A DNA stretch of 27,885 nucleotides, from UHGV virus genome UHGV-1486778. The stretch is one strand, 5' to 3'. This document shows positions 1 through 7,750 of this stretch, one piece after another (the stretch's first letter is position 1; every line of letters begins with the position of its first letter). The stretch comes from a virus. Position numbers and translations under genes: made by a program. The notes beneath the pieces were generated by a model. It did not search any database. It had not been told where the DNA came from and saw nothing but the letters and a program-made list of their open reading frames with translations.

Positions 1-286
1 GCACCAGACGGCGGTGATAGTTATCCGCGACCATTCCGGCATATCCCTTCAGGTTTGCGGCACTCGGACAGTTTTTGCTGGTCATCAGGATTGACGTGAA
101 ATTCTCCTCTCCGCACGCCTCGGCAACCATCAGCGCGTCGATTAGGTTTCTGTTTCTCGCCTGCTTCCGGATAACTTCGAAGGCTTTCCGGTAGAGCGGA
201 ATTGAAAACGCTTCCGGCTCCAGCATTGCCAGAACGAAAGGCGCGAACCAATTCAGAGCGGAACCATCGACGCATCGAGTCAGGCG

Positions 287-1291
287 ATGGATGAGCTTGT
301 AAATCGTCTTTCAGCCATCAGAAAACCCCGTGACGAGGTTAAACCTGTACGGTTAGGGGAAATCATCACCGACTACACTGACACGCTTGACAGGCGTCTG
401 AGGAACGGAGAAGAGTCAGATACCCTGAAGACCGGAATCGAAGAACTTGATGCCATCACCGGAGGGATGAACGCGGAAGACCTGGTGATAATCGCTGCTC
501 GTCCTGGTATGGGTAAAACCGAACTGGCGCTGAAGATTGCCGAAGGCGTTGCAAGCCGCGTTATTCCCGGTTCTGACGTCCGGCGCGGAGTGTTGATTTT
601 CTCGATGGAAATGAGCGCATTGCAGATTGCAGAGCGAAGCATTGCCAACGCCGGGAGGATGTCGGTTAGCGTGCTGCGAAACCCTGCATCGATGGATGAC
701 GAAGGCTGGGCGCGTGTTGCTAACGGCATGAGTCAGCTTGCAGATTTGGATGTATGGGTAGTCGATGCCTCGCGGTTATCGGTCGAAGAAATTCGCTCAA
801 TCGCAGAACGGCACAAACAGGAAAATCCAAACCTGTCACTCATCATGGCGGATTATCTTGGCCTGATTGAGAAGCCGAAAGCAGATCGCAACGACCTCGC
901 AATTGCTCACATCTCCGGAAGTCTAAAAGCGATGGCGAAAGACCTGAAAACGCCTGTTATCTCCCTAAGTCAGCTTTCGCGCGATGTTGAGAAGCGACCA
1001 AACAAACGCCCGACAAACGCAGATTTGCGTGATTCTGGAAGCATTGAACAGGACGCAGACTCAATCATCATGCTCTATCGGGAAGCGGTATATGACGAGA
1101 ACAGTAGCGCCGCGCCATTTGCTGAAATCATTGTGACGAAAAACCGTTTTGGCTCGCTTGGTACGGTTTACCAGCGGTTCTGCAACGGACACTTTGTTGC
1201 ATGTGACCAGGACGAAGCCAGACAGATTTGCACAGCATCAAATGCACCTGCTGCGCGTGGCAGACGATATGCACAAGGGGCTGACGTATGA
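287..1291 (+). CDS. DnaB-family replicative helicase, C-terminal RecA-like ATPase domain only (334 aa)
   Basis: Walker A motif [11 protein letters not shown], and DnaB-like [22 protein letters not shown] and [17 protein letters not shown] blocks. The frame has a stop at 203-205 and no start codon before 287, so the roughly 170-aa DnaB N-terminal domain is absent in frame. Confidence 0.8.
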   Translation: MDELVNRLSAIRKPRDEVKPVRLGEIITDYTDTLDRRLRNGEESDTLKTGIEELDAITGGMNAEDLVIIAARPGMGKTELALKIAEGVASRVIPGSDVRRGVLIFSMEMSALQIAERSIANAGRMSVSVLRNPASMDDEGWARVANGMSQLADLDVWVVDASRLSVEEIRSIAERHKQENPNLSLIMADYLGLIEKPKADRNDLAIAHISGSLKAMAKDLKTPVISLSQLSRDVEKRPNKRPTNADLRDSGSIEQDADSIIMLYREAVYDENSSAAPFAEIIVTKNRFGSLGTVYQRFCNGHFVACDQDEARQICTASNAPAARGRRYAQGADV

Positions 1292-1317
1292 CCATCTACA
1301 TCACTGAGCTAATAACA

Positions 1318-1348
1318 GGGGCTATTTACACAGTAGCCCTTTTTTATT
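1318..1348 (+). terminator. Rho-independent terminator, tR2-like position downstream of the replication gene
   Basis: Stem gggcta (1319-1324) pairs with tagccc (1334-1339) around a 9-nt loop, followed by ttttttatt. It lies 27 nt after the helicase stop. Confidence 0.6.
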
Positions 1349-1374
1349 GGATTAAGAGCGAGGGGTAAGTACCG

Positions 1375-1557
1375 ATGGTAAATGCATTTATTTGTAGTTT
1401 ATTTCTTGTCGCGATTTTTCATGGATTCCTTCTGATGATGAGTTTTGTTCTCTGGAATAATGGATATCGCATATTGGGAGTAGGTTTTGTTTTACGGTTT
1501 TCAGTCCTCTGCGCGTTGCTACCGATAATTATGGCGACTATCAAATATTATTGGTGA
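1375..1557 (+). CDS. Small hydrophobic protein (60 aa, about 2 predicted TM helices), unknown function
   Basis: ATG preceded by GAGGGG 6 nt upstream. The local sequence is AT-rich and the product is almost entirely hydrophobic. Occupies the ren/ninA slot of lambdoid phages. Confidence 0.4.
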   Translation: MVNAFICSLFLVAIFHGFLLMMSFVLWNNGYRILGVGFVLRFSVLCALLPIIMATIKYYW

Positions 1558-1572
1558 CCCAAAAAATCATCG

Positions 1573-1923
1573 ATGGAGAGTGATATGGACGAATCAAGAA
1601 AGCAGTTTGAAGAAAGTTGGTTGCGACGTGGAGGCGAATCTTCAGACCTTATCCGTTACCCTGAAAATCACCATGAAATTGGCAGCGGTAATATTGGTGG
1701 TCAATACGTGATGAACGATGTTCAAGGCCACTGGCAAACGTGGCAGGCATCGCGAGCAGCTTTTGAACTGGATATCGACTGGCCCGAATCGAATGACGAC
1801 TTTTGGAAAGATGGTGAAGAAGGTGCTTATGCGATGGGTTATGAGGATGGGCGTGACAAAACGATAATTGCAGTAATGAAAGCTATCAGAGCCGCTGGAA
1901 TTAAAGAGAAGAATTTTCGATGA
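1573..1923 (+). CDS. Acidic, Trp-rich hypothetical protein (116 aa; alternative start at 1585 with SD GGAGAG)
   Basis: Open frame whose stop overlaps the ninB start in ATGA at 1920-1923. About 23 Asp/Glu versus 14 Lys/Arg. No family recognised. Confidence 0.5.
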   Translation: MESDMDESRKQFEESWLRRGGESSDLIRYPENHHEIGSGNIGGQYVMNDVQGHWQTWQASRAAFELDIDWPESNDDFWKDGEEGAYAMGYEDGRDKTIIAVMKAIRAAGIKEKNFR

Positions 1924-2330
1924 AGCAAACAATCTTCCTCCGAACTAAGCAACAACAGCAAGCTGCAATAAATGCCATCCTCGCAACACCACTCGATAAA
2001 GACAAGCCAGTCACCATCCGCATTACTGACTACAAGCGCAACCTTGACCAGAACGCAAAATTTCACGCGATGGTCGCAGATATCGCTCGTCAGGTTCAAT
2101 GGTGCGGCAAATGGTTAAAACCGGAACAATGGAAGGTTTTGTTGATTAGCGGTCATGCAGTGGCAACAAACCTGGAAACTGATGTTTTGCCCGGGCTTGA
2201 AGGCGAATACGTCAACATTCGCGAAAGCAGCGCGCAGATGAGCGTGAAGCGCATGGCAAGTCTGATCGAGTACACAACAGCCTGGGCTATTGGTCAGGGT
2301 GTCAGATTTACCGACAGGAGGTACGAATGA
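1920..2330 (+). CDS. ninB: NinB recombination protein (Orf-family recombination mediator)
   Basis: 136 aa. Recalled similarity to lambda NinB (DQN...QVxWxGxWLxxExWK block) and position at the head of the nin region. Confidence 0.8.
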   Translation: MKQTIFLRTKQQQQAAINAILATPLDKDKPVTIRITDYKRNLDQNAKFHAMVADIARQVQWCGKWLKPEQWKVLLISGHAVATNLETDVLPGLEGEYVNIRESSAQMSVKRMASLIEYTTAWAIGQGVRFTDRRYE

Positions 2331-2503
2331 GACGACAGCGACGAAGTTTCACCGACATCATCTGCGAAAACTGCAAATACCTTCCAACGAAGCGCTCCAG
2401 AAACAAACGCAAGCCAATCCCAAAAGAATCTGACGTAAAAACCTTCAATTACACAGCTCACCTGTGGGATATCCGGTGGCTAAGACATCGTGCGAGGAAA
2501 TGA
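2327..2503 (+). CDS. ninE: NinE protein (58 aa)
   Basis: Translated by hand: [58 protein letters not shown], which closely matches NinE as I recall it. Absent from the ORF track because it is under 60 aa. ATGA overlap with ninB. Confidence 0.75.
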   Translation: MRRQRRSFTDIICENCKYLPTKRSRNKRKPIPKESDVKTFNYTAHLWDIRWLRHRARK

Positions 2504-2865
2504 CAATGGATTATTCACAGTTAAGTGATTTTGAAATTAACAAGCGAGTGGCAATTTGCTGTGGATTTGCTCCCGAAGATTGCGAAATCGCAAAGTTGGG
2601 AACATCAATCGTTGGTGTTGAGTGGGATGACGAAACTGGTTATGCAATAAAAACGGTTGATTACTGTAAAAGCCCATCAGACGCAGAGCCGATTATCGTA
2701 GAGAACAGAATTGGAATTATTCCAGCACCAGAAAATGGATTATGGAAGGCAGCGCATAGAAAAGTTGGCGGTGATAGTACCCCATATCATATGACTCAAG
2801 ATGAAAACCCACTCCGCGCTGCCATGATTGTCTTTCTCATGATGCAGGACGCCAATAATGCTTAG
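2500..2865 (+). CDS. NinX-like protein (121 aa from ATG 2500)
   Basis: Located between ninE and ninF, as ninX is in P22-type nin regions. ATGA overlap with the ninE stop. The family call is by synteny only. Confidence 0.5.
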   Translation: MTMDYSQLSDFEINKRVAICCGFAPEDCEIAKLGTSIVGVEWDDETGYAIKTVDYCKSPSDAEPIIVENRIGIIPAPENGLWKAAHRKVGGDSTPYHMTQDENPLRAAMIVFLMMQDANNA

Positions 2866-3034
2866 CCCATCCCAATCCATTCAATACCAGAAAGAAAGCG
2901 TCGAGCGAGCTTTAACGTGCGCTAACTGCGGTCAGAAGCTGCATGTGCTGGAAGTTCACGTGTGTGAGCACTGCTGCGCAGAACTGATGAGCGATCCGAA
3001 TAGCTCAATGTACGAGGAAGAAGACGATGAGTGA
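2858..3034 (+). CDS. ninF: NinF protein (58 aa, Cys-rich)
   Basis: Translated by hand: [58 protein letters not shown], which matches lambda NinF as I recall it. Under 60 aa, so not in the ORF track. Confidence 0.75.
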   Translation: MLSPSQSIQYQKESVERALTCANCGQKLHVLEVHVCEHCCAELMSDPNSSMYEEEDDE

Positions 3035-3239
3035 TTACCTGAAATGGTATCTCTGCCACCGCTGGTTAATTAAGTTTGCTGTAAAAGACTGGATGACAGC
3101 GGATGCCAACAAGCTTAAGCAAAGAAAAGACTATTACTACGCCAGAATGAAGGAAAACTACTGCTCAATTCGCACTCGCATATTTATTAAAAAAGACCTT
3201 CAGTCAATTCTTCAATTGCGAGGGAAGGTAAATGGCTAA
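3027..3239 (+). CDS. Hypothetical basic protein (70 aa)
   Basis: Open frame overlapping the ninF stop and the next start. AT-rich. No family recognised. Confidence 0.4.
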   Translation: MSDYLKWYLCHRWLIKFAVKDWMTADANKLKQRKDYYYARMKENYCSIRTRIFIKKDLQSILQLRGKVNG

Positions 3240-3522
3240 CCTACGCAAAGAAGCGCGCGGCAGAGAATGCCAGGTACGTATTTACGGCGTATGCAATGGC
3301 AATCCTGAAACTACAGTTCTGGCACATTACCGGATGGCTGGAATTTGCGGAACGGGAATGAAGCCTGACGACCTGATCGGCGCATGGGCTTGTAGCGCGT
3401 GTCACGATGAAATCGACCGACGCACCCATAATCTCGACAACAAAGACGCCAGACTTTACCACCTCGAAGGCGTGATCAGGACGCAGGCGATACTGCTGAA
3501 GGAGGGGAAGATTAAGTCATGA
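3232..3522 (+). CDS. YbcO-like (DUF1364) putative zinc-binding nuclease (96 aa)
   Basis: Cys/His-rich (CQVRIYGVCNG...CSACHDEID) and the same 96-aa length as the DLP12 prophage protein YbcO, which sits immediately upstream of rusA there as well. Confidence 0.65.
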   Translation: MANLRKEARGRECQVRIYGVCNGNPETTVLAHYRMAGICGTGMKPDDLIGAWACSACHDEIDRRTHNLDNKDARLYHLEGVIRTQAILLKEGKIKS

Positions 3523-3881
3523 ACGAATATCAGTTTGTGCTCCCATACCCGCCGTCGGTGAATACCTACTGGCGAAGACGGGGAAGCCAATATTACATAA
3601 GCGACAAAGGCCAGAAATACCGAAAAGACGTTCAGCAAATCATCCGCCAACTCAAGTTAGACATTTTCACCAAATCACGACTCCGTATCAAAGTCATCGC
3701 AGACGTTCCGGACTCCCGCCGTCGCGACCTCGACAACATCCTGAAAGGTTTACTCGACTCCCTTATCCACGCCGGATTTGCGGAAGACGACGAGCAATTC
3801 GATGACATTCGCGTAATTCGTGGCGTGAAAGTACCAGGCGGAAGGCTTGGAATAAAAATCACCGAACTGGAGAACGCATGA
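3519..3881 (+). CDS. rusA: RusA Holliday-junction resolvase
   Basis: 120 aa with PYPPSVNxYWRRRG and RRRDLDN(I)LKGLLDSL motifs characteristic of RusA. ATGA overlap with the flanking genes. Confidence 0.85.
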   Translation: MNEYQFVLPYPPSVNTYWRRRGSQYYISDKGQKYRKDVQQIIRQLKLDIFTKSRLRIKVIADVPDSRRRDLDNILKGLLDSLIHAGFAEDDEQFDDIRVIRGVKVPGGRLGIKITELENA

Positions 3882-4066
3882 ACGCCACAATTCAAACGAT
3901 ACCAGAGCTTCTTATCCAGACACGAGGCAATCAGACCGAAGTGGCAAGGATGCTTTCCTGCGCAAGAGGAACAGTGCTCAAGTACAACCGAGACAGCAAA
4001 GGCGAGCGTCACGTAATAGTTAACGGCGTCCTGATGGTCAAACAGGGCAAAAGGGGAAGGCCATGA
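3878..4066 (+). CDS. ninH: NinH (small HTH protein)
   Basis: 62 aa with GNQTEVARMLSCARGTVLKY...HVIVNGVLMV, matching lambda NinH as I recall it. Immediately upstream of Q. Confidence 0.7.
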   Translation: MNATIQTIPELLIQTRGNQTEVARMLSCARGTVLKYNRDSKGERHVIVNGVLMVKQGKRGRP

Positions 4067-4686
4067 GACTCGAAAGCGTAGCTAAATTTCATTCGCCAAA
4101 AAGCCCAATGATGAGTGACTCACCACGGGCTACGGCTTCTGACTCTCTTTCCGGTACTGATGTGATGGCTGCTATGGGGATGGCGCAATCACAAGCCGGA
4201 TTCGGTATGGCTGCATTCTGCGGCAAGCACGAACTCAGCCAGAATGACAAACAAAAGGCTATCAACTATCTGATGCAATTTGCACACAAGGTATCGGGGA
4301 AATATCGTGGTGTGGCAAAGCTCGAAGGAAATACTAAGGCAAAGGTACTGCAAGTGCTCGCAACATTCGCTTATGCGGATTATTGCCGTAGTGCCGCGAC
4401 GCCGGGCGCAAGATGCAGAGATTGCCACGGTACAGGCCGTGCGGTTGATATTGCCAAAACAGAGCAGTGGGGGAGAGTTGTTGAGAAAGAGTGTGGAAGA
4501 TGCAAAGGCGTCGGCTATTCAAGGATGCCAGCAAGCGCCGCATATCGCGCTGTAACGATGCTAATCCCCAACCTTACCCAACCCACATGGTCACGCACTG
4601 TTAAGCCGCTGTATGACGCTCTGGTGGTGCAATGCCACAAAGAAGAGTCAATCGCAGACAACATTTTGAATGCGGTCACACGTTAG
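4063..4686 (+). CDS. Q: Late-gene antiterminator Q (lambda-type)
   Basis: The 207-aa product matches my recollection of lambda Q essentially throughout, including the Cys cluster CRDCHGTGR...CGRCKGVGY, and it is followed by a lambda-type PR'/qut region. Confidence 0.9.
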   Translation: MRLESVAKFHSPKSPMMSDSPRATASDSLSGTDVMAAMGMAQSQAGFGMAAFCGKHELSQNDKQKAINYLMQFAHKVSGKYRGVAKLEGNTKAKVLQVLATFAYADYCRSAATPGARCRDCHGTGRAVDIAKTEQWGRVVEKECGRCKGVGYSRMPASAAYRAVTMLIPNLTQPTWSRTVKPLYDALVVQCHKEESIADNILNAVTR

Positions 4687-4728
4687 CAGCATGATTGCCA
4701 CGGATGGCAACATATTAACGGCATGATA

Positions 4729-4757
4729 TTGACTTTTTGAATAAAGTTGGGTAAATT
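4729..4757 (+). promoter_or_regulatory. Late promoter PR' with overlapping qut site (lambda-type)
   Basis: -35 TTGACT at 4729-4734, a 17-bp spacer, and -10 TAAATT at 4752-4757. The surrounding sequence matches the lambda PR'/qut region as I remember it. Confidence 0.7.
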
Positions 4758-4763
4758 TGACCC

Positions 4764-4957
4764 AACGATGGGTTAATTCGCTCGTTGTGGTAGTGAGATG
4801 AAAAGAGGCGGCGCTTACTACCGATTCCGCCTAGTTGGTCACTTCGACGTATCGTCTGGAACTCCAACCATCGCAGGCTGAGAGGTCTGCAAAATGCAAT
4901 CCCGAAACAGTTCGCAGGTAATAGTTAGAGCCTGCATAACGGTTTCGGGATTTTTTA
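4764..4957 (+). ncRNA. 6S-like short late leader transcript (PR' to tR')
   Basis: Runs from the inferred +1, about 7 nt past the -10, to the tR' hairpin and U-tract. Called by homology to the lambda late leader region. Confidence 0.5.
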
Positions 4958-4958
4958 T
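4899..4958 (+). terminator. tR' rho-independent terminator (substrate of Q antitermination)
   Basis: Arm atcccgaaac (4899-4908) pairs with gtttcgggat (4942-4951), with nested gcagg/cctgc pairing, followed by a T-run at 4951-4956. Confidence 0.7.
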
Positions 4959-5356
4959 ATCTGTGCAACAGGTAAGAGCATTCTCCCTTATGGGGCTTGG
5001 CTTAAATGCACCGAGTGCTCTTTCCGTTGTGCTGAATTAAGCGAATACCGGAAGCAGAACCGGATCAACAAATGCGTACAGGCGTCATCGCCGCCCAGCA
5101 ACAGCACAACCCAAACTGAGCCGTAGCCACTGGCTATCCTGAATTCATCAGTGATAGTTACGCTGCGGCCTTCTACACATGACCTTCGTGAAAGCGGGTG
5201 GCAAGAGGCTGCGCTAACAACCTCCTGCCGTTTTGCCCGTGCATATCGGTCACGAACAAATCTGATTACTAAACACAGTAGCCTGGATTTGTTCTATCAG
5301 TAATCGACCTTATTCCTAATTAAATAGAGCAAATCCCCTCAATGAAGGGGTAGAGC

Positions 5357-5560
5357 ATGTACCGTATGGACAAAATCAGAGAATGGTTCAGTTACAGCTT
5401 CGGAGGACTGACTGCGATGGGTGGCATTCTCTCCCTGAATGACTGGGCTGTCATCATTGGTATTCTTTGTACTGTCGGCACATTTGGCATCAACTGGTAC
5501 TACAAGCGCAAAGAGCGCGAGGACAGATTGAATGGCAATGTCACCGGCACTACGAAATAG
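5357..5560 (+). CDS. Holin, class II pinholin-like, with dual-start motif (M1-Y-R-M4)
   Basis: 67 aa with two TM segments, the first Gly/Ser/Ala-rich and SAR-like. Two in-frame ATGs at 5357 and 5366 are separated by a basic residue. It sits immediately upstream of, and overlaps, a SAR endolysin gene. Confidence 0.75.
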   Translation: MYRMDKIREWFSYSFGGLTAMGGILSLNDWAVIIGILCTVGTFGINWYYKRKEREDRLNGNVTGTTK

Positions 5561-6035
5561 CGTAATAGCGGCGATAAGTGGCGGGGCTATTGCTATAGCA
5601 TCTGTGTTAATCACTGGCCCAAGTGGTAACGATGGTCTGGAAGGTGTCAGTTACATACCATACAAAGATATTGTTGGCGTATGGACTGTATGTCACGGAC
5701 ACACCGGAAAAGACATTATGCTCGGTAAAACGTATACCGAAGCAGAATGCAAAGCCCTCCTGAATAAAGACCTCGCCACCGTCGCCAGACAAATTAACCC
5801 GTACATCAAAGTCGATATACCGGAAACAACGCGCGGCGCTCTTTACTCGTTCGTTTACAACGTTGGTGCTGGAAATTTCAGAACATCGACACTTCTTCGC
5901 AAAATAAACCAGGGCGATATCAAAGGCGCATGTGATCAGCTACGGCGCTGGACATACGCTGGCGGTAAGCAATGGAAAGGGCTGATGACTCGCCGTGAGA
6001 TTGAGCGTGAAGTCTGTTTGTGGGGGCAACAATGA
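5532..6035 (+). CDS. SAR endolysin (T4-type lysozyme, GH24) with N-terminal signal-anchor-release domain
   Basis: Weakly hydrophobic Gly/Ala-rich N-terminus ([20 protein letters not shown]) followed by a lysozyme-like domain ([11 protein letters not shown]...[12 protein letters not shown]). Confidence 0.85.
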   Translation: MAMSPALRNSVIAAISGGAIAIASVLITGPSGNDGLEGVSYIPYKDIVGVWTVCHGHTGKDIMLGKTYTEAECKALLNKDLATVARQINPYIKVDIPETTRGALYSFVYNVGAGNFRTSTLLRKINQGDIKGACDQLRRWTYAGGKQWKGLMTRREIEREVCLWGQQ

Positions 6036-6475
6036 GTAGAGTAACCGCGATTATCTCCGCTCTGGTTATCAGCATCATCGTCTGCCTGTCATGGGCTGTT
6101 AATCATTACCGTGATAACGCCATGACCTATAAAGAACAGCGCGACAAAGCCACATCCATCATCGCTGACATGCAGAAGCGTCAACATGATGTAGCTGAAC
6201 TCGACGCCAGATACACAAAGGAGCTTGCTGATGCTAACGCGACTATCGAAAGTCTTCGTGCTGATGTTTCTGCTGGTCGTAAGTGGCTGCACGTCAAAGC
6301 AGTCTGTCCGGACAAGCATAAAACCACCGCCGCCTCCGGCGTGGATGATGCTTCCAGCCCCAGACTTACTGACACCGCTCAACGGGATTATTTCGTTCTC
6401 AGAGAGCGCATCGAAACCATAACTAACCAATTGAATGGCCTGCAAGAATATGTGAGATCACAGTGTTCATATTAG
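6032..6475 (+). CDS. Rz: Rz-type inner-membrane spanin (i-spanin)
   Basis: N-terminal TM helix followed by a coiled-coil-like periplasmic domain. The start overlaps the endolysin stop in ATGA. Contains an embedded Rz1-type gene in the +1 frame. Confidence 0.75.
   Translation: MSRVTAIISALVISIIVCLSWAVNHYRDNAMTYKEQRDKATSIIADMQKRQHDVAELDARYTKELADANATIESLRADVSAGRKWLHVKAVCPDKHKTTAASGVDDASSPRLTDTAQRDYFVLRERIETITNQLNGLQEYVRSQCSY
6231..6422 (+). CDS. Rz1: Rz1-type outer-membrane lipoprotein spanin (o-spanin), embedded in Rz
   Basis: SD AAGGAG 8 nt upstream of ATG 6231. Signal peptide with lipobox LVVSGC, and a Pro-rich mature part ([10 protein letters not shown]). Lies entirely inside Rz in the +1 frame. 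Confidence 0.7.
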   Translation: MLTRLSKVFVLMFLLVVSGCTSKQSVRTSIKPPPPPAWMMLPAPDLLTPLNGIISFSESASKP

Positions 6476-6888
6476 AAAAGTCTTATCATAAGATTTTTGT
6501 ATATGGATGCATTATGTCTCAATACGCTCACGTTGCTTTAATCGCTTATCATTTGGTGGCTGATAGCTCAATGACTCCTCGTGATGCATGGGATGCAGCT
6601 ATCGCAGAGGTTACAGAAAGCGAATCGTCAAGAAAGAAGATATGCCCAAGGGCAACATTTCTCGCCCTGGCGGATAGCGGTTACCTGAAGAATGTAAAAC
6701 CACTGCATGGGGAGAAAAAAGGCGGTAAGTTGTACCAAAGGGCAATTGAAGTTGCGAATCTGATTCTTGATTTACCCGGAATCAGTAAAGCTGAATTGGT
6801 TGATAAAACTGGTTACAAAGACAGGCAAGGGTCTTATGACCTGATTCTCGCTCTGTATCATCATGAGCAACTCCAGCGATCGGAATAA
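6463..6888 (+). CDS. Hypothetical soluble protein (141 aa from GTG 6463; 124 aa from ATG 6514)
   Basis: Long open frame in the AT-rich block between Rz and the HNH gene. No recognisable motif. Confidence 0.5.
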   Translation: MFILEKSYHKIFVYGCIMSQYAHVALIAYHLVADSSMTPRDAWDAAIAEVTESESSRKKICPRATFLALADSGYLKNVKPLHGEKKGGKLYQRAIEVANLILDLPGISKAELVDKTGYKDRQGSYDLILALYHHEQLQRSE

Positions 6889-7005
6889 TTATCCCAGCAT
6901 CAGTGTCAAAAATAGGCAGTGATACGCTATTTTCCTGAAAATACTTTACTAACATTTTATGAGAATTATCCTAGTAATGTGTTTATTTAAAAGGAGTTTG
7001 GGTTT

Positions 7006-7209
7006 ATGAAAATTCTCTGGGTCATCAGTCTTTTGTGTAGTGCTATTGGATTTATTGAAGGAATCCTCGGGGTTTTCGGTGCTCAGAGTGCTCCACAACA
7101 GGCTGCAGGTGCAGCAATGGGAGTAGCATGGGCAGTTATTCCATATTGTATTTGTCGTGCTATCCAACAATTGCGCCCTCGAGAAGTCATTATTAAAAAG
7201 GAAGAATGA
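7006..7209 (+). CDS. Small membrane protein (67 aa, 2 predicted TM helices), unknown function
   Basis: Strong SD AAGGAG 8 nt upstream of the ATG. Hydrophobic Gly/Ala-rich core and a charged C-terminus. Its stop overlaps the HNH start in ATGA. Confidence 0.55.
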   Translation: MKILWVISLLCSAIGFIEGILGVFGAQSAPQQAAGAAMGVAWAVIPYCICRAIQQLRPREVIIKKEE

Positions 7210-7625
7210 CCAGATCTTATCCGGTGTTTTTTCTGTCTAAGCCTCGCGTCGCGGGGCTTTTTATTGGAGCCAGCATGCCACCACGAACCCCAAAAGCCTG
7301 CCGTGTTCGCGGCTGCCGCCATACCACAACTGACCCGTCAGGCTATTGCGAAAGCCACAAAAGTGAAGGCTGGAAGCAATACAAGCCGGGCCAGTCCAGA
7401 CACCAGCGCGGTTATGGTTCGAAATGGGATGTTATCCGTGAACGTGTGCTCAAGCGTGACAAAGGACTGTGTCAGTTATGTCTGCGTGGTGGTGTGGTAC
7501 GTGAGGCGAAAACCGTTGACCACATCATCCCTAAAGCGCATGGCGGCACTGATGCCGACAGCAATCTGCAGAGCCTGTGCTGGCCGTGTCATAAGGCGAA
7601 GACGGCCCGTGAACGGTTGAAGTAA
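7206..7625 (+). CDS. HNH endonuclease, terminase-associated (alternative start at 7275)
   Basis: HNH motif DHIIPKAHGGTDADSNLQSLCWPCHKAK and a Cys cluster CRVRGCRH...CESH. Sits immediately upstream of the small terminase, as in HK97-like cos phages. Confidence 0.85.
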   Translation: MTRSYPVFFLSKPRVAGLFIGASMPPRTPKACRVRGCRHTTTDPSGYCESHKSEGWKQYKPGQSRHQRGYGSKWDVIRERVLKRDKGLCQLCLRGGVVREAKTVDHIIPKAHGGTDADSNLQSLCWPCHKAKTARERLK

Positions 7626-7750
7626 GAACCAGTTCCCACTGCCAGAGGGGAGGGACGGGTCAAATCCCTGTGACCTGACGTCTTCCGGACTGCCCGCCCC
7701 ATCGTTTTTTTATACCCGCGAAAAATGAAATTTAACCAGGAGTGCCGCAT

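Noticed and set aside
21-275. Minus-strand 84-aa ORF upstream of the helicase gene
   Set aside because: Arg-rich, low-complexity translation with no convincing SD and no recognisable family. More likely non-coding or antisense to the replication-region 3' end.
373-729. Minus-strand 118-aa ORF inside the helicase gene
   Set aside because: Fully antisense to a well-supported DnaB-family CDS, with no independent signal.
4280-4555. Plus-strand 91-aa and minus-strand 69-79-aa ORFs inside Q
   Set aside because: Alternative frames within the Q gene, whose protein matches lambda Q throughout, so these are frame artefacts.
7264-7620. Plus-strand 118-aa alternative-frame ORF inside the HNH gene
   Set aside because: The HNH motif is in the other frame. 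This frame gives an Arg/Cys-rich nonsense-like sequence.
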